A stretch of 60,476 nucleotides of DNA from Bryobacteraceae bacterium (GTDB taxonomy: Bacteria; Acidobacteriota; Terriglobia; Bryobacterales; Bryobacteraceae), in NCBI GenBank assembly GCA_041685075.1, contig JAWLGN010000001.1, positions 1-60,476 of the forward strand, written 5' to 3'. The translations under genes and the position numbers were made by a program. The stretch's first letter is position 1. The number at the start of each line of letters is the position of its first letter. Below the pieces are notes generated by a model, which was not told where the DNA came from, made no database searches, and was given only the letters and a program-made list of their open reading frames with translations. Positions 1-9,218 of this stretch are shown here, one piece after another.

Positions 1-55
1 TGAAAGTTCTGAATACTTCCACTGGAGCCAGCAGCGGATGGCCCTTGTCAAGACC

Positions 56-538
56 CTAATTTACACTCAGGATTTTACGCGGCCGGCGCCTTCGATGTCG
101 CTCAATGAACTCGTGAATCAACAGGACCGCGGCCCTGACATTCACACTGAAGTGACGGTCGATCGTGCCTGCACTGATTTCCTCGATCGTATCTGGCGTC
201 TCGCAATGGGCAGCATTGTTGACAAGAACATCCACTCCGCCAAAAGCGCGCTCGGCGGCATCGAACAGTTGTGTGGGTGCCAACTTGTCATTCAGGTCGG
301 CGGCGACTGCAATCGCACGTCCGCCCCCCGACGTGATCTCCTCTACCAGCCGCTCGGCAGCGGCGGCACCAGGCACCTCGTGGAGCACAGTCGCGCCGAC
401 AGCGTCTGAAGCGTTGGCGAGGTAGTGCACGATGCAATATGCGCCTTGCGCCGCCAGGCGCCGGACGATAGCGGAGCCGATACCCGAGTTCCCGCCCGTA
501 ACAAGAGCCACCCGCCCATTCAGTTGAGGGTCGATCAT
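56..538 (-). CDS. SDR-family short-chain dehydrogenase/reductase, abnormally short (possible truncated remnant)
   Basis: Rossmann motif VTGGNSGIGSAI and NNAA motif are present. The ORF stops after 160 aa, before the expected catalytic Y-x3-K region, and the tail RHRRRRPRKILSVN looks off-family. Confidence 0.6.
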   Translation of the reverse strand: MIDPQLNGRVALVTGGNSGIGSAIVRRLAAQGAYCIVHYLANASDAVGATVLHEVPGAAAAERLVEEITSGGGRAIAVAADLNDKLAPTQLFDAAERAFGGVDVLVNNAAHCETPDTIEEISAGTIDRHFSVNVRAAVLLIHEFIERHRRRRPRKILSVN

Positions 539-672
539 CTCGTCAACCTACCCACAAGTCTAGCCAGACCAGCTTACACTGTCACGGCTGTATCGGCACA
601 GCCTTCTTACTGGAATGCGCGGCGAGCGATTAGCACCGACTTCGGGCGCCTCGCGCTTGATATCATTAGCCA

Positions 673-1436
673 ATGCACATTCGAGCCTCTTGTTCGAGGT
701 TACTCACAGTCGGTTTCATCGGGCTATCTCTGGCGTCCGCGGGATTCGCGATCCAGGACAATGGCGGTCCTCCTCCTGAGTTCCAGCGCGCATACAAGCT
801 GGCTGAAGATAAACGATACGCTGAGGCGCTGGAACTGCTTGATCAGATCCTGAAAAGCGGTGAGAACAGCCGCAACGCGTTGTTCAGTGGCGGCGCCATC
901 GCTATGCTTGCGGGCCAGTTCGAAAGGGCCCGCACATACCTCAACGAACTTAAGAACCTCGAACCGCGCTCCGGGCGAGTCCGAGCTGCGCTGGTGCGTG
1001 CCAGCCAGGCCGTAGGCGATCTGCCTGCCAGAGACGCCGAGAGGGCCGAGTTGATCAGGCTTCGAAACTCGGGAGAGGATCCTGAGCTGAAGACACAGGA
1101 GTACTACTTACGTGATGAATTCAAGGTTGGACCGAGGACTGTTCACGGGTTGGAATTGTTCGAACTGAAAGGCGAGTATGCCTTGCGCTACGCCTTTCTC
1201 GTGTTTCAGCCTGGTCGAGAACAGCCCGAGTCCGCATCTCCTTGGGCTCGTATACGGCTACGAATGCGGTCTGGCAAGCGACGAGGAAACCCAAACCGAA
1301 ACCCGGAGAACGTGTCTTCCACCTCGATGGCTACTTCGATGAGGGCAGGCGGCACGTGACTTTCGGTATGCACTTTCCAGAACCCAGCTATGACGCTGTG
1401 AGAGAAATGGTTGTGAAAATCGTTCAGGAGCAGTAG
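673..1436 (+). pseudogene. TPR-like secreted protein, apparently frameshifted near 1225-1245
   Basis: ORF 673..1359 reads as a sensible protein (signal-like N-terminus, TPR-like helices) up to about FLVFQPGREQPES, then becomes R/S/N-rich junk. ORF 1242..1436 in another frame continues with plausible protein (GSYTATNAVWQAT...FHLDGYFDEGRRHVTFGMHFPEPSYDAVREMVVKIVQEQ). Confidence 0.45.
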
Positions 1437-1639
1437 CCGGAGGCCATTGGCGCGAGCGGCCCGCCGAGTGTGCTTCGTTAAACCGTACGTGCTTGTTTCT
1501 TCGCCACGCCTCGTGGCCGTGTCGGCTACTCGGAAGCAATCTACTAGGGCGTACAGTCGCCTTTGCTGAGACGGGCCGGAGCGGCGTCCGGCAAGAATAC
1601 CACTCGGCCAGCCGCCGCGGAAAGTGCTGCCGCTGGAGC

Positions 1640-2923
1640 TTACTCCCTGCGCCAGACCACCTGGCCTGCCACCACAGTGGCCATCGGGCCACCGCGGAAA
1701 CTGTGGCCATCGAAGGGTGTGTTGCGGCTCTTCGAGAAGGACTGGTTTACGTCGTAGGTCCAGCGGTGTTCGGTGCTGAAGATAGTGACGTCGCCGGGCG
1801 CGCCCGGGGCCAGGGTACCGCGGTCGAGCCCCAGCACGCGCGCGGGACCGGTGGTGAACAGCTCCACCAGCCGTGGCAGCGGCAGCTTGCCCGAGTGCAC
1901 CAGCACCTCCAGCGACAGCCCCAGCGCCGTCTCCAGCCCGATGATGCCGAACGGGCAGCGCTCGAATTCCTGCATCTTTTCACTGCCCGGATGCGGCGCG
2001 TGGTCGGTGGCCACCGCGTCCACCGTGCCGGCCACGATTCCGGAGACCACAGCCGACTGATCGCAGTCAGGGCGCAGCGGCGGCTTCATGCGGTAGTTGC
2101 TGTCGTAGGGCGCCATCTCGGCACAGGTCAGCGAAAAGTGATGCGGCGTGGCTTCGCAGCTCACCTTCACGCCGCGGGAGCGCGCCCAGGCCACCATGGC
2201 CACGGCGTTGTGGGTGGAAATGTGGGCCACGTGATAACGTACGCCGGTGAGTTCGGCCAACAACAGGTCCCGCGCCACCATGACGTCCTCGGCCGCGGCG
2301 GGAATGCCGTGCAGCCCCAGCCGCACCGATTCCGGCCCCTCGTGCATGTCGCCGCCGGCGCTGAGGTTCAGATCTTCGCAGTGGTTGATCAGGGGCAGGT
2401 CGAAGGATCGCGCGTACTCCATGGCGCGCCGCATCACCCGGGAATTCATGACCGGGCGGCCGTCGTCGGAGATGGCCACCGCGCCGGCCCGCTTCATGGC
2501 CCCGATGGCGGCCAGTTCCTCCCCGGCGCTGCCCCGGGTGATGGCGCCGATAGGGAAGACGTTGGTCACGGCGGTCTGGCGCGCGCGCTCCACGATGTAG
2601 CTGGTGACGGTGGGGCTGTCGTTCACCGGCACCGTGTTGGGCATCGCGCAGATGGAAGTGAAGCCCCCGGCGGCGGCGGCGCGCGAGCCGGTCTCGATGG
2701 TCTCGGCATGTTCGATGCCCGGCTCCCGCAAATGAACGTGCATGTCGATGAAGCCGGGCGCCACGATCATGCCGCCGGCATCCAGCGTCTCGGCGCCCGG
2801 GGCGCTCAGGTCCGGGCCGACGCCCGCGATGCGCCCGTCCTCGATCAACACGTCGGCCGCCGCATCCATGCCGGAAGCGGGATCGATCACCCGGCCGTTC
2901 TTGATCAGCAGTTTCGCCATCAT
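1640..2923 (-). CDS. pyrC: dihydroorotase
   Basis: 427 aa with metal-binding [10 protein letters not shown] motif and amidohydrolase fold pattern. 4-nt overlap with pyrB upstream. Confidence 0.9.
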   Translation of the reverse strand: MMAKLLIKNGRVIDPASGMDAAADVLIEDGRIAGVGPDLSAPGAETLDAGGMIVAPGFIDMHVHLREPGIEHAETIETGSRAAAAGGFTSICAMPNTVPVNDSPTVTSYIVERARQTAVTNVFPIGAITRGSAGEELAAIGAMKRAGAVAISDDGRPVMNSRVMRRAMEYARSFDLPLINHCEDLNLSAGGDMHEGPESVRLGLHGIPAAAEDVMVARDLLLAELTGVRYHVAHISTHNAVAMVAWARSRGVKVSCEATPHHFSLTCAEMAPYDSNYRMKPPLRPDCDQSAVVSGIVAGTVDAVATDHAPHPGSEKMQEFERCPFGIIGLETALGLSLEVLVHSGKLPLPRLVELFTTGPARVLGLDRGTLAPGAPGDVTIFSTEHRWTYDVNQSFSKSRNTPFDGHSFRGGPMATVVAGQVVWRRE

Positions 2924-3828
2924 CCGATCACCCGTTCAAGCACCGCCATGCGGACGGCGACGCCGTTTTCCACCTGGTTGAGAATCACCGAACGCTGTGA
3001 ATCGGCCACCTCGCTGGACAGCTCCCGGCCGCGATTGATGGGGCCGGGATGCATCACCATGGCTTCCGGCTTGGCCAGTTCCAGGTGCTCCAGTTGCAGC
3101 CCGTAGAACTGAAAGTACTCGGCAGCCGGGAACGTGGTCTCGTGCTGGCGCTCGAGCTGCACCCGCAGCATCATGATGACGTCCGCGTCGCGGATGGCTT
3201 CCCGGATATCGGTCGTGATGCTCACGCCGGGCGCCATGCCGCTCAACTCCTGGGGCACCAGCGGAGCCGGGCCGCAGAGCACGATGTCCACCCCGAATTT
3301 CGACAGCAGATGGATGTTCGACCGTGCCACGCGGCTGTGGGCGATATCCCCGATGATGGCCACGCGCAACCCTTCAAGCGAGGGCCGGTGGTCCAGGATG
3401 GTGCGCGCATCGAGCAGCGCCTGGGTGGGGTGCTCGTGGGTGCCGTCGCCCGCGTTGATGATGGGCATGGTCAGGTGGCGCGCCAGAAAATGCGGCGCAC
3501 CCGATGCCGCGTGCCGCATCACGATGGCGTTCGGTCGCATGGCCGCCAGGGTGTTCAGGGTGTCTACCAGGGACTCGCCCTTCGACACGCTGGAGCCCTG
3601 GGCGGTAATGGAAACGGCGTCCGCTCCCAGGCGCTTGGCGGCGATCTCGAAACTCGTGCGGGTGCGCGTGGAGGCCTCATAAAAGAGGTTCACGATCATT
3701 TTGCCCCGCAGCGTATCCAGCTTCTTCAACGGCTGGGCTTGCACGGGCTGAAAGTCTTTCGCCCGCGCCAGAATGGCCTCGATTTCGCTCCGTTCGAGGC
3801 CCTCGATTCCAAGCAGTCCGGCTGCCAT
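2920..3828 (-). CDS. pyrB: aspartate carbamoyltransferase catalytic subunit
   Basis: 302 aa with carbamoyl-phosphate motif STRTRTSFE and HPTQ motif. Sits between pyrR and pyrC. Confidence 0.92.
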   Translation of the reverse strand: MAAGLLGIEGLERSEIEAILARAKDFQPVQAQPLKKLDTLRGKMIVNLFYEASTRTRTSFEIAAKRLGADAVSITAQGSSVSKGESLVDTLNTLAAMRPNAIVMRHAASGAPHFLARHLTMPIINAGDGTHEHPTQALLDARTILDHRPSLEGLRVAIIGDIAHSRVARSNIHLLSKFGVDIVLCGPAPLVPQELSGMAPGVSITTDIREAIRDADVIMMLRVQLERQHETTFPAAEYFQFYGLQLEHLELAKPEAMVMHPGPINRGRELSSEVADSQRSVILNQVENGVAVRMAVLERVIG

Positions 3829-3831
3829 GGT

Positions 3832-4395
3832 TTATGCTGCCTCGGCTGAATTTGCTTCCACCAGGAGCACGCGTTCGGTATCGTCGATCTCCTGGAGCTT
3901 CACTTCCACCATCTCGCTCGCGGCGGTCTGGACCGTGCGGCCGACGAAGCTCGCCTCGATGGGCAGCTCGCGGTGGCCGCGGTCAATCAGCACCAGCAGG
4001 CGCACGCGCGCGGGCCGGCCATGGTCGAACAGCGCGTCCAGGGCTGCGCGCACGGTGCGGCCCGTGTAGAGCACATCGTCTACCAGGACGATGTCCTTAT
4101 CCTTGACGGAGAAGGGAATGTCGGTGCCGCTCACCACCGGCTGGGTATCGATGGTGGTGAGGTCGTCGCGATACAACCTGATGTCCAGGCTTCCCACCGG
4201 AATGCGGCGCTGTTCGAGCGGTGCGATTTTTTCCGCCAGCCGCGCGGCCAGGGGCGTGCCCCTGCGCCGGATCCCGATGAAGGCCAGGCGGTCGAGGTCG
4301 CCGGTTTTCTCGAGCACTTCGTGAGCCAGCCGCACGAGCGTGCGGTCGATCTCCGAGGCGCTCATCAACTGCCGCGTTTCACGGGTCAGGGCCAT
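3832..4395 (-). CDS. pyrR: bifunctional pyrimidine operon regulator / uracil phosphoribosyltransferase PyrR
   Basis: 187 aa with PRTase motif IVLVDDVLYTGRTVRAAL. First gene of the pyrRBC arrangement. Confidence 0.9.
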   Translation of the reverse strand: MALTRETRQLMSASEIDRTLVRLAHEVLEKTGDLDRLAFIGIRRRGTPLAARLAEKIAPLEQRRIPVGSLDIRLYRDDLTTIDTQPVVSGTDIPFSVKDKDIVLVDDVLYTGRTVRAALDALFDHGRPARVRLLVLIDRGHRELPIEASFVGRTVQTAASEMVEVKLQEIDDTERVLLVEANSAEAA

Positions 4396-4426
4396 AGGCT
4401 ATCCAGCAGATTAGCAGATAGGCGCT

Positions 4427-5602
4427 CTAGGGGCATCGGCGTGCATCGAGGAGGCCCTTCTTTTCTTCCAGCAGCCAGCAGCCGGCGCTTTCGGCCTTGC
4501 CCAGGTTGGCGCCGTTCCAGTTCAGCGCTGCGCCTACCCACTCGGCCGGGATCTCCAGCCGCATGGAGGCGATTGCGCGGCTGAGTATCTGGATTTCCTG
4601 GAGTTCCGGCAGGTAGCGGCCCTGCACCCGCGCGGTGACCACTTCCGCGCGCGGGGGCACGGTGATGCGGGTCTCGCGCCGCAGGCGCTGGTTGCCGCGC
4701 TGGATCATCACCGCCACCGGTTTCTCTTCGGTTATGGAATCCATTAGCTCGATATAGGCGGCGGCGTCGCGCACGGGCTTGCCCGCGATGGCCACGATGC
4801 GGTCCTTCAACTCGAGCGGCCCTTTATACCCGGGCGGCAGCCAATTCACCAGTACGCCCGGACCCCGGTCGTTGGGATCGAAGCCGAAGCCGCCGAGGGC
4901 GAGTTGCGCGCCGGTGCCCACGGGCGGCACGCGCGTGGAGGCCAGGGCGTCGTTACGCGCCGCGGCGTTGAAGGCAGTGATGGTGATCCAGTAACAGCGC
5001 GAAAAGTTGGTGGCGCCGGTTTCGCAGTCGGCCGTCGCGGGGTGGGGGTCGCGCCGGCGCGCCGCCAGCCACTGGAAGATCATGTTGGCGTCGGCTGTCT
5101 CTTCGAGGCGGAAGTCCAGGTTATAGCCGGCCTGTTGCATGCGGCGGGCCAGCGGCTGGTCTTCCTTGTTTCCCGAAATCCAGAGCACCGGGAGGTTGGT
5201 GGTATTGGCCCCGAAGAGGCGGTTGGAATCCACCGCGGGGCGCGCGGTGCCCCCCAGGGCCACGGCCGCGGCCCACAGGTCCGGCACGCGCGAGGCCACG
5301 TAGAAGACCGCCGCGGCGCCGCCGCCCTGTCCGGCCAGGTAGACGCGGTGCGGGTCGAATGGCGCGCGACTGCGCTCTTCGGCCAGGCGTTTCTCCAGCG
5401 CCAGAATGCGCTCGTCCAGGGGCGCGTCCTGCATGTTGGCCCACGGCGCCAGGAAGCGCCAGCCGGCCGCGGTGGACCACTGCTCCCACAGCTTCGCGTC
5501 GCCATCGAGCAGCACCACGAGCGGGCCTTCCGCGCCCGCAACCGGGGTGGCCAGCGCAGCGGCCAGCACGAGGCAGGCCCACCTAGCGGCGCAACCGCCC
5601 AC
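4427..5602 (-). CDS. secreted alpha/beta-hydrolase-like protein with PDZ domain
   Basis: The track ORF runs 4427..5731, but the first 43 aa are R/C/W-rich. A GTG at 5602 gives a signal peptide (VGGCAARWACLVLAAALATPVAGA). An esterase-like region (VYLAGQGGGAAAV) is followed by a PDZ-like segment (GVLVNWLPPGYKGPLELKDRIVAIAGKPV). Confidence 0.6.
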   Translation of the reverse strand: MGGCAARWACLVLAAALATPVAGAEGPLVVLLDGDAKLWEQWSTAAGWRFLAPWANMQDAPLDERILALEKRLAEERSRAPFDPHRVYLAGQGGGAAAVFYVASRVPDLWAAAVALGGTARPAVDSNRLFGANTTNLPVLWISGNKEDQPLARRMQQAGYNLDFRLEETADANMIFQWLAARRRDPHPATADCETGATNFSRCYWITITAFNAAARNDALASTRVPPVGTGAQLALGGFGFDPNDRGPGVLVNWLPPGYKGPLELKDRIVAIAGKPVRDAAAYIELMDSITEEKPVAVMIQRGNQRLRRETRITVPPRAEVVTARVQGRYLPELQEIQILSRAIASMRLEIPAEWVGAALNWNGANLGKAESAGCWLLEEKKGLLDARRCP

Positions 5603-5888
5603 GAATTCGTTTCGCCAGCTTCTCAATTTCCTCGGTCTTCTTGATGCTGCCGATGGACAGGACGTGGCGGCCGTTCTTCTCCAGTTCGTCGCGCAACGCC
5701 TGCGACAACTCCACCAGCTCCGCGGCGTCACGCAGGGTTTTCTCGTGCTCGGCCTTGAGAATCTCTTCGCTTTGCAACTTACCGCTGGGCAGGCGGACGG
5801 GTTTTTCCCGGTCGCTCCGCTGGCCGATACCGGCCGGCGCCAGCGCCATCGCCAGCAGCACGAGAGAAAGCCGTACTGCTTGTTTCAC
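5583..5888 (-). CDS. small secreted coiled-coil protein (hypothetical)
   Basis: The track ORF runs 5583..6023. A plausible start is the GTG at 5888, giving signal peptide VKQAVRLSLVLLAMALAPAG followed by a charged helical region. No clear SD. Overlaps the downstream hydrolase start by 20 nt. Confidence 0.4.
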   Translation of the reverse strand: MKQAVRLSLVLLAMALAPAGIGQRSDREKPVRLPSGKLQSEEILKAEHEKTLRDAAELVELSQALRDELEKNGRHVLSIGSIKKTEEIEKLAKRIRGRLRR

Positions 5889-5947
5889 CTTGAAATTATG
5901 ATAGCAACCCGGACGGACGCGCCAGCAGCCGCTCCCCGGCCGGCGAT

Positions 5948-6060
5948 CATCATCCCGGATGAACGCGCCAGCGAGGTCGACAGGCGACCGAGAACGGCCC
6001 GCCCCGGCGCTGGGAAACATCATTGCGCATGAATGCGCCCGCGAGCGTTAGACAGGCGAC
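5948..6060. repeat. two copies of a roughly 41-43 nt imperfect direct repeat (period 70 nt) in a divergent intergenic region
   Basis: Copy 1 (5948-5988) is catcatcccggatgaacgcgccagcgaggtcgacaggcgac. Copy 2 (6018-6060) is catcattgcgcatgaatgcgcccgcgagcgttagacaggcgac. Copy 2 contains the perfect palindrome GCGCAT-GA-ATGCGC at 6025-6038. Confidence 0.6.
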
Positions 6061-6130
6061 ATAGCGAAATAGACGGGTTCGCAGTCAATGCGCTATCGTA
6101 GTAGTTCGTTCCACTAGCAAGCGCCACGTC

Positions 6131-7516
6131 ATGCCTACACCCAGTTCACTTCGGGCCCCGGCGCCGGCTCCGGAGCCCGGCCCAAGCCCAGTCCGCTCGC
6201 GGCCGCTGAAGCCGCCTCCGGAGAAATCCCGAAGCGTATGGTGGTGGGGTTCCGCCATCGTGCTCATCATCATGGCGGCCGTTGTATGGTGGCAGCGCCA
6301 CGCCCTTATGCCCTCGGCCATGAAGGGTCCCGCCGGTCCGGGCTTCCGCACCACCTCCGCCCGCGCCGGGAGCCTGGAAAAAGGCCTGCGAGTGGCCGGC
6401 GTGACCGCCGCCGAGAATTTCGCCGTGCTGCGGGCGCCTCGCCTCCGCGGCCGGCGCACCGGGCGCAGCGCCATGGAGTTCAGTCTCACGATCGAACGCT
6501 TGGCCCCCGCGGGCAAATTTGTCCGGGCCGGCGAAGTAGTGGCGGAGTTCGACCGCCAGTACATGCAGTTGCGGCTGGACGACTACCTGGCCCGTGTGGA
6601 GCAGGAAGGCCGCGACGTTTCGCGGCTGAAGGCCAACCTGGCGGTCAGGCGCGCGGCCCACACCCAGCTTGTGATTCGCGCGCGGGGCGAAATGGAAAAG
6701 GCCGAGTTGGACCTCAAAAAGATCCCCATCCTCTCCGACAACGAGGCCGAACGGTACCGCCTGAACTACGGCGAGGCCGTCGAGAATTACAAGGAGGTGC
6801 GCAGCCGCACTCCGTTCGTGGAGGTCTCCGAGGGTGCCGCCGTACGCCGCGCGGAGCTGAACTACAAGGAGGCCGAACTCGAGTTGGCCCGCGCGCAGCG
6901 GCACGTGGATCAACTCGTAGCCCGCGCTCCCATCGACGGTATGGTGGTGATGCTCACGCTGCGCCGCAGCGGCGAACGAGCGCAGATCCGTGAGGGCGAC
7001 CAGATCGGCTCCGGCCAGCCGTACATGCACATCGTGGACGTGCGGGAGATGGTGATCAACGCCGACGTCAACCAGGTGGACGCCCAGCACGTGAAATTGG
7101 GGATGGAAGCGAGCGTGCGCTTCGACGCCTATCCCGATCTCGAGCTTCCCGCGCGCGTCATTGCAGTGGGCGCTTTCGCCAACCAGACCGGCTGGCGCGG
7201 CAGCTACGTGCGCAACGTCCCCATCCGCCTCAAGTTAGAGCGCACGGACCCGCGCGTAATCCCGGATCTTTCGGTGAGCGCCGACCTGGTGCTTCAGAAA
7301 GCCGAGGACGCGATCATCGTTCCGCGCGAAGCGGTCTTTGGCGACGGCGATGAGCAGTATGCCATGGTTCGCGAAGGTCCCGGCTCCTGGCAGAAGCGGC
7401 CGCTGGAAATTGTGCTGGAGAACAACGTGGAAGTCGCGGTGGCCTCCGGCGTTCAGGCCGGTGATGTTCTGGCCGCTGAATGGCCTGGCGAGAACCCCGA
7501 GGTCCTGACGAACTAA
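6131..7516 (+). CDS. HlyD-family membrane fusion / periplasmic adaptor protein
   Basis: 461 aa. Pro-rich N-terminus, one TM helix (WWWGSAIVLIIMAAVVWW), a long coiled-coil region, a lipoyl-like hairpin (ARAPIDGMVV) and a beta-barrel tail. Confidence 0.8.
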   Translation: MPTPSSLRAPAPAPEPGPSPVRSRPLKPPPEKSRSVWWWGSAIVLIIMAAVVWWQRHALMPSAMKGPAGPGFRTTSARAGSLEKGLRVAGVTAAENFAVLRAPRLRGRRTGRSAMEFSLTIERLAPAGKFVRAGEVVAEFDRQYMQLRLDDYLARVEQEGRDVSRLKANLAVRRAAHTQLVIRARGEMEKAELDLKKIPILSDNEAERYRLNYGEAVENYKEVRSRTPFVEVSEGAAVRRAELNYKEAELELARAQRHVDQLVARAPIDGMVVMLTLRRSGERAQIREGDQIGSGQPYMHIVDVREMVINADVNQVDAQHVKLGMEASVRFDAYPDLELPARVIAVGAFANQTGWRGSYVRNVPIRLKLERTDPRVIPDLSVSADLVLQKAEDAIIVPREAVFGDGDEQYAMVREGPGSWQKRPLEIVLENNVEVAVASGVQAGDVLAAEWPGENPEVLTN

Positions 7517-7553
7517 GCGCCGGGCACGCAAATCGGGCGCGCCTGCCCGCTCC

Positions 7554-8519
7554 TCAGTTGTCCGCCTGATCCGCCGCCCTCTGTGATTTCGCGGGCAGGC
7601 TGGAAAGGAGGGTCATGCCCTTCCCGGTCTGCCGCAACACTCCGAACTGTCCGACCGCCCAGAGGGTGTCGCCCACCGGCAGCACCTGGTGGATGAAGAT
7701 GCTGTCTTCCACCCGGACGAAGTTCCAGCTTTCACCGCCGTCATCGCTCGTCAGGAGGCCGTTATCGCTGCCGATCCATCCGCGGCCGGCGGTGTCGAAG
7801 ACGATCGACCGCAGCCAGGCTTGCACGGGGCTTTGCTGCTGTTTCCAGGTGACCCCGCCATCGTCGCTCTTGAGGATCAGCCCGCCGAAGCCGACCATCC
7901 ATCCATGTTGCGCATCGCGAAAATAGACGGCATCGAGCGACCAGAGCGTCTCGGAAGTGCGCACCCGCTCCCAGGTGCGGCCGCCGTCGGTGGTGCGCAG
8001 GATGGCCCCCACCCATCCGACCGCCCATCCATGCTGCGGATCGACGAAATAGATGCTCTCCAGGCCCTGCTGGATGCCGCTGTCCTGCCGTTGCCAGGTC
8101 TTGCCGCCATCCGGTGAGTGCAGGATTGCGCCCGACCATCCGGCAATCCAGCCCAGCTCGCCCACGAAGTGAATGGAAGTGAAGTTCTCGCCGGCCGGCG
8201 TTTCGACCTTGCGCCAGGATTCGCCGCCATCCGTGGTCGCCAGCAGGGTTCCGCCGTCGCCGGCGATGAAACCGCGCCGCGCATCGAGCATCGCCACGGC
8301 GCGCAGAGTCGCATCGCCCGGCACGCGCCTGACTTGCCAGGTGGCTCCCCGGTCCGGCGAAACGAATAGTTCACCTTGATCGCACAGCAGCCAGACGTGG
8401 GAATCTATGGCCGCGGCACGTTGGATGGAACAGGGCGCGTCGGCCCATAGGGCGCCCGCCTGCCAAGCCAGGCAGAGCAGAGCAACGAACACGTTTCGCA
8501 TTCTCCGATCGGCCTCCAT
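7554..8519 (-). CDS. Ycf48-like BNR/Asp-box repeat beta-propeller protein
   Basis: Repeated Asp-box-like motifs: DGGESWRKV, DGGKTWQRQ, DGGRTWERV, DGGVTWKQQ, DGGESWNFV. The signal peptide starts at M7, so an alternative start is 8501. Confidence 0.8.
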   Translation of the reverse strand: MEADRRMRNVFVALLCLAWQAGALWADAPCSIQRAAAIDSHVWLLCDQGELFVSPDRGATWQVRRVPGDATLRAVAMLDARRGFIAGDGGTLLATTDGGESWRKVETPAGENFTSIHFVGELGWIAGWSGAILHSPDGGKTWQRQDSGIQQGLESIYFVDPQHGWAVGWVGAILRTTDGGRTWERVRTSETLWSLDAVYFRDAQHGWMVGFGGLILKSDDGGVTWKQQQSPVQAWLRSIVFDTAGRGWIGSDNGLLTSDDGGESWNFVRVEDSIFIHQVLPVGDTLWAVGQFGVLRQTGKGMTLLSSLPAKSQRAADQADN

Positions 8520-8932
8520 GGGCGCCGCCGGCGCGAAAAGCGGTCCCCGCCGGAAGCGCGCCGCTCAATCGATCTTCAACTCGACGATCTTCGGCCGGCC
8601 TGCCCGCGCCTCGGAGGGTCTCGGGGCTCCCGGCCTCAATTTCATACCTATTAATGGCGCGGTAGCTCTTTCGATGGTTTCTTGCGCGTTTTCTTTTAGG
8701 CGCCGGACCGCGCCGGCGGCTCAGTGGTTGGGTTGTTGTCCGGCGAGACCGTGCTGAAAAAAGCCGGTTCTCTGGCCGAACCGATCTTAGTCTAACAAAG
8801 CCACCAATTTAGTGTCAATAAAGAAGGTAGATAATATGAGTGTGGCAAGCTCAAATAGGATGCAACCCAGATGGCATGCGCGCCGTCCCAAGCTGCGAAC
8901 GGCGTTTGACTTCTTCGAAAGAGGTTCCGATT

Positions 8933-9172
8933 ATGCTGCGTAAACTCTTGAAGTGGTTCGATATGCTGGAAGAGGCTTGGTGCCGTATGGCGCATCCCGA
9001 CGTTACCTGGCCGGTGCAGGGCAAGTATCGCTGCCAGACTTGTCTGCGCGAGTACGGCGTTGATTGGGAAGCTGTGCCGGCTGTCGGGGAATTGCAGGCA
9101 GCCACCGCTCCCGGCCGTTCGCAGGCGGGCCACGTCGGCCTGCCGCGCCTGATGCCCCCGGCGCGGGCGTAG
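8933..9172 (+). CDS. small Cys/His-containing hypothetical protein
   Basis: The ATG at 8933 is preceded by the SD-like aaagagg (8918-8924). MLRKLLKWFDMLEEAWCRMAHPDVTWPVQGKYRCQTCLREYGVDW has a C..H...CxxC zinc-ribbon-like pattern. The C-terminal half is low complexity. Confidence 0.4.
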   Translation: MLRKLLKWFDMLEEAWCRMAHPDVTWPVQGKYRCQTCLREYGVDWEAVPAVGELQAATAPGRSQAGHVGLPRLMPPARA

Positions 9173-9218
9173 TGGCTTGATGGCGGTCGATAGCGGCCAC
9201 TCCGCGCGGGATGCCATA

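Noticed and set aside
1493-3106. 537-aa plus-strand ORF across pyrC/pyrB
   Set aside because: It is antisense to unmistakable dihydroorotase and ATCase frames.
4396-4426. PyrR-binding attenuator upstream of pyrR
   Set aside because: The gap to the upstream gene is only 31 nt and there is no ARUCCAGAGAGG-like loop, so there is no room for terminator/antiterminator structures.
7554-8519. Ycf48 (photosystem II assembly factor) homologue as evidence of phototrophy
   Set aside because: Ycf48-like BNR propellers are widespread in non-phototrophs, and nothing else photosynthetic is in the window.
8656-8760. tRNA-like 5' string ggcgcggtagctc, then gctcagtggttgg further on
   Set aside because: I could not fold a cloverleaf. 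There is no complementary acceptor 3' end, no GGTTCGAATCC-type T-loop and no anticodon stem.
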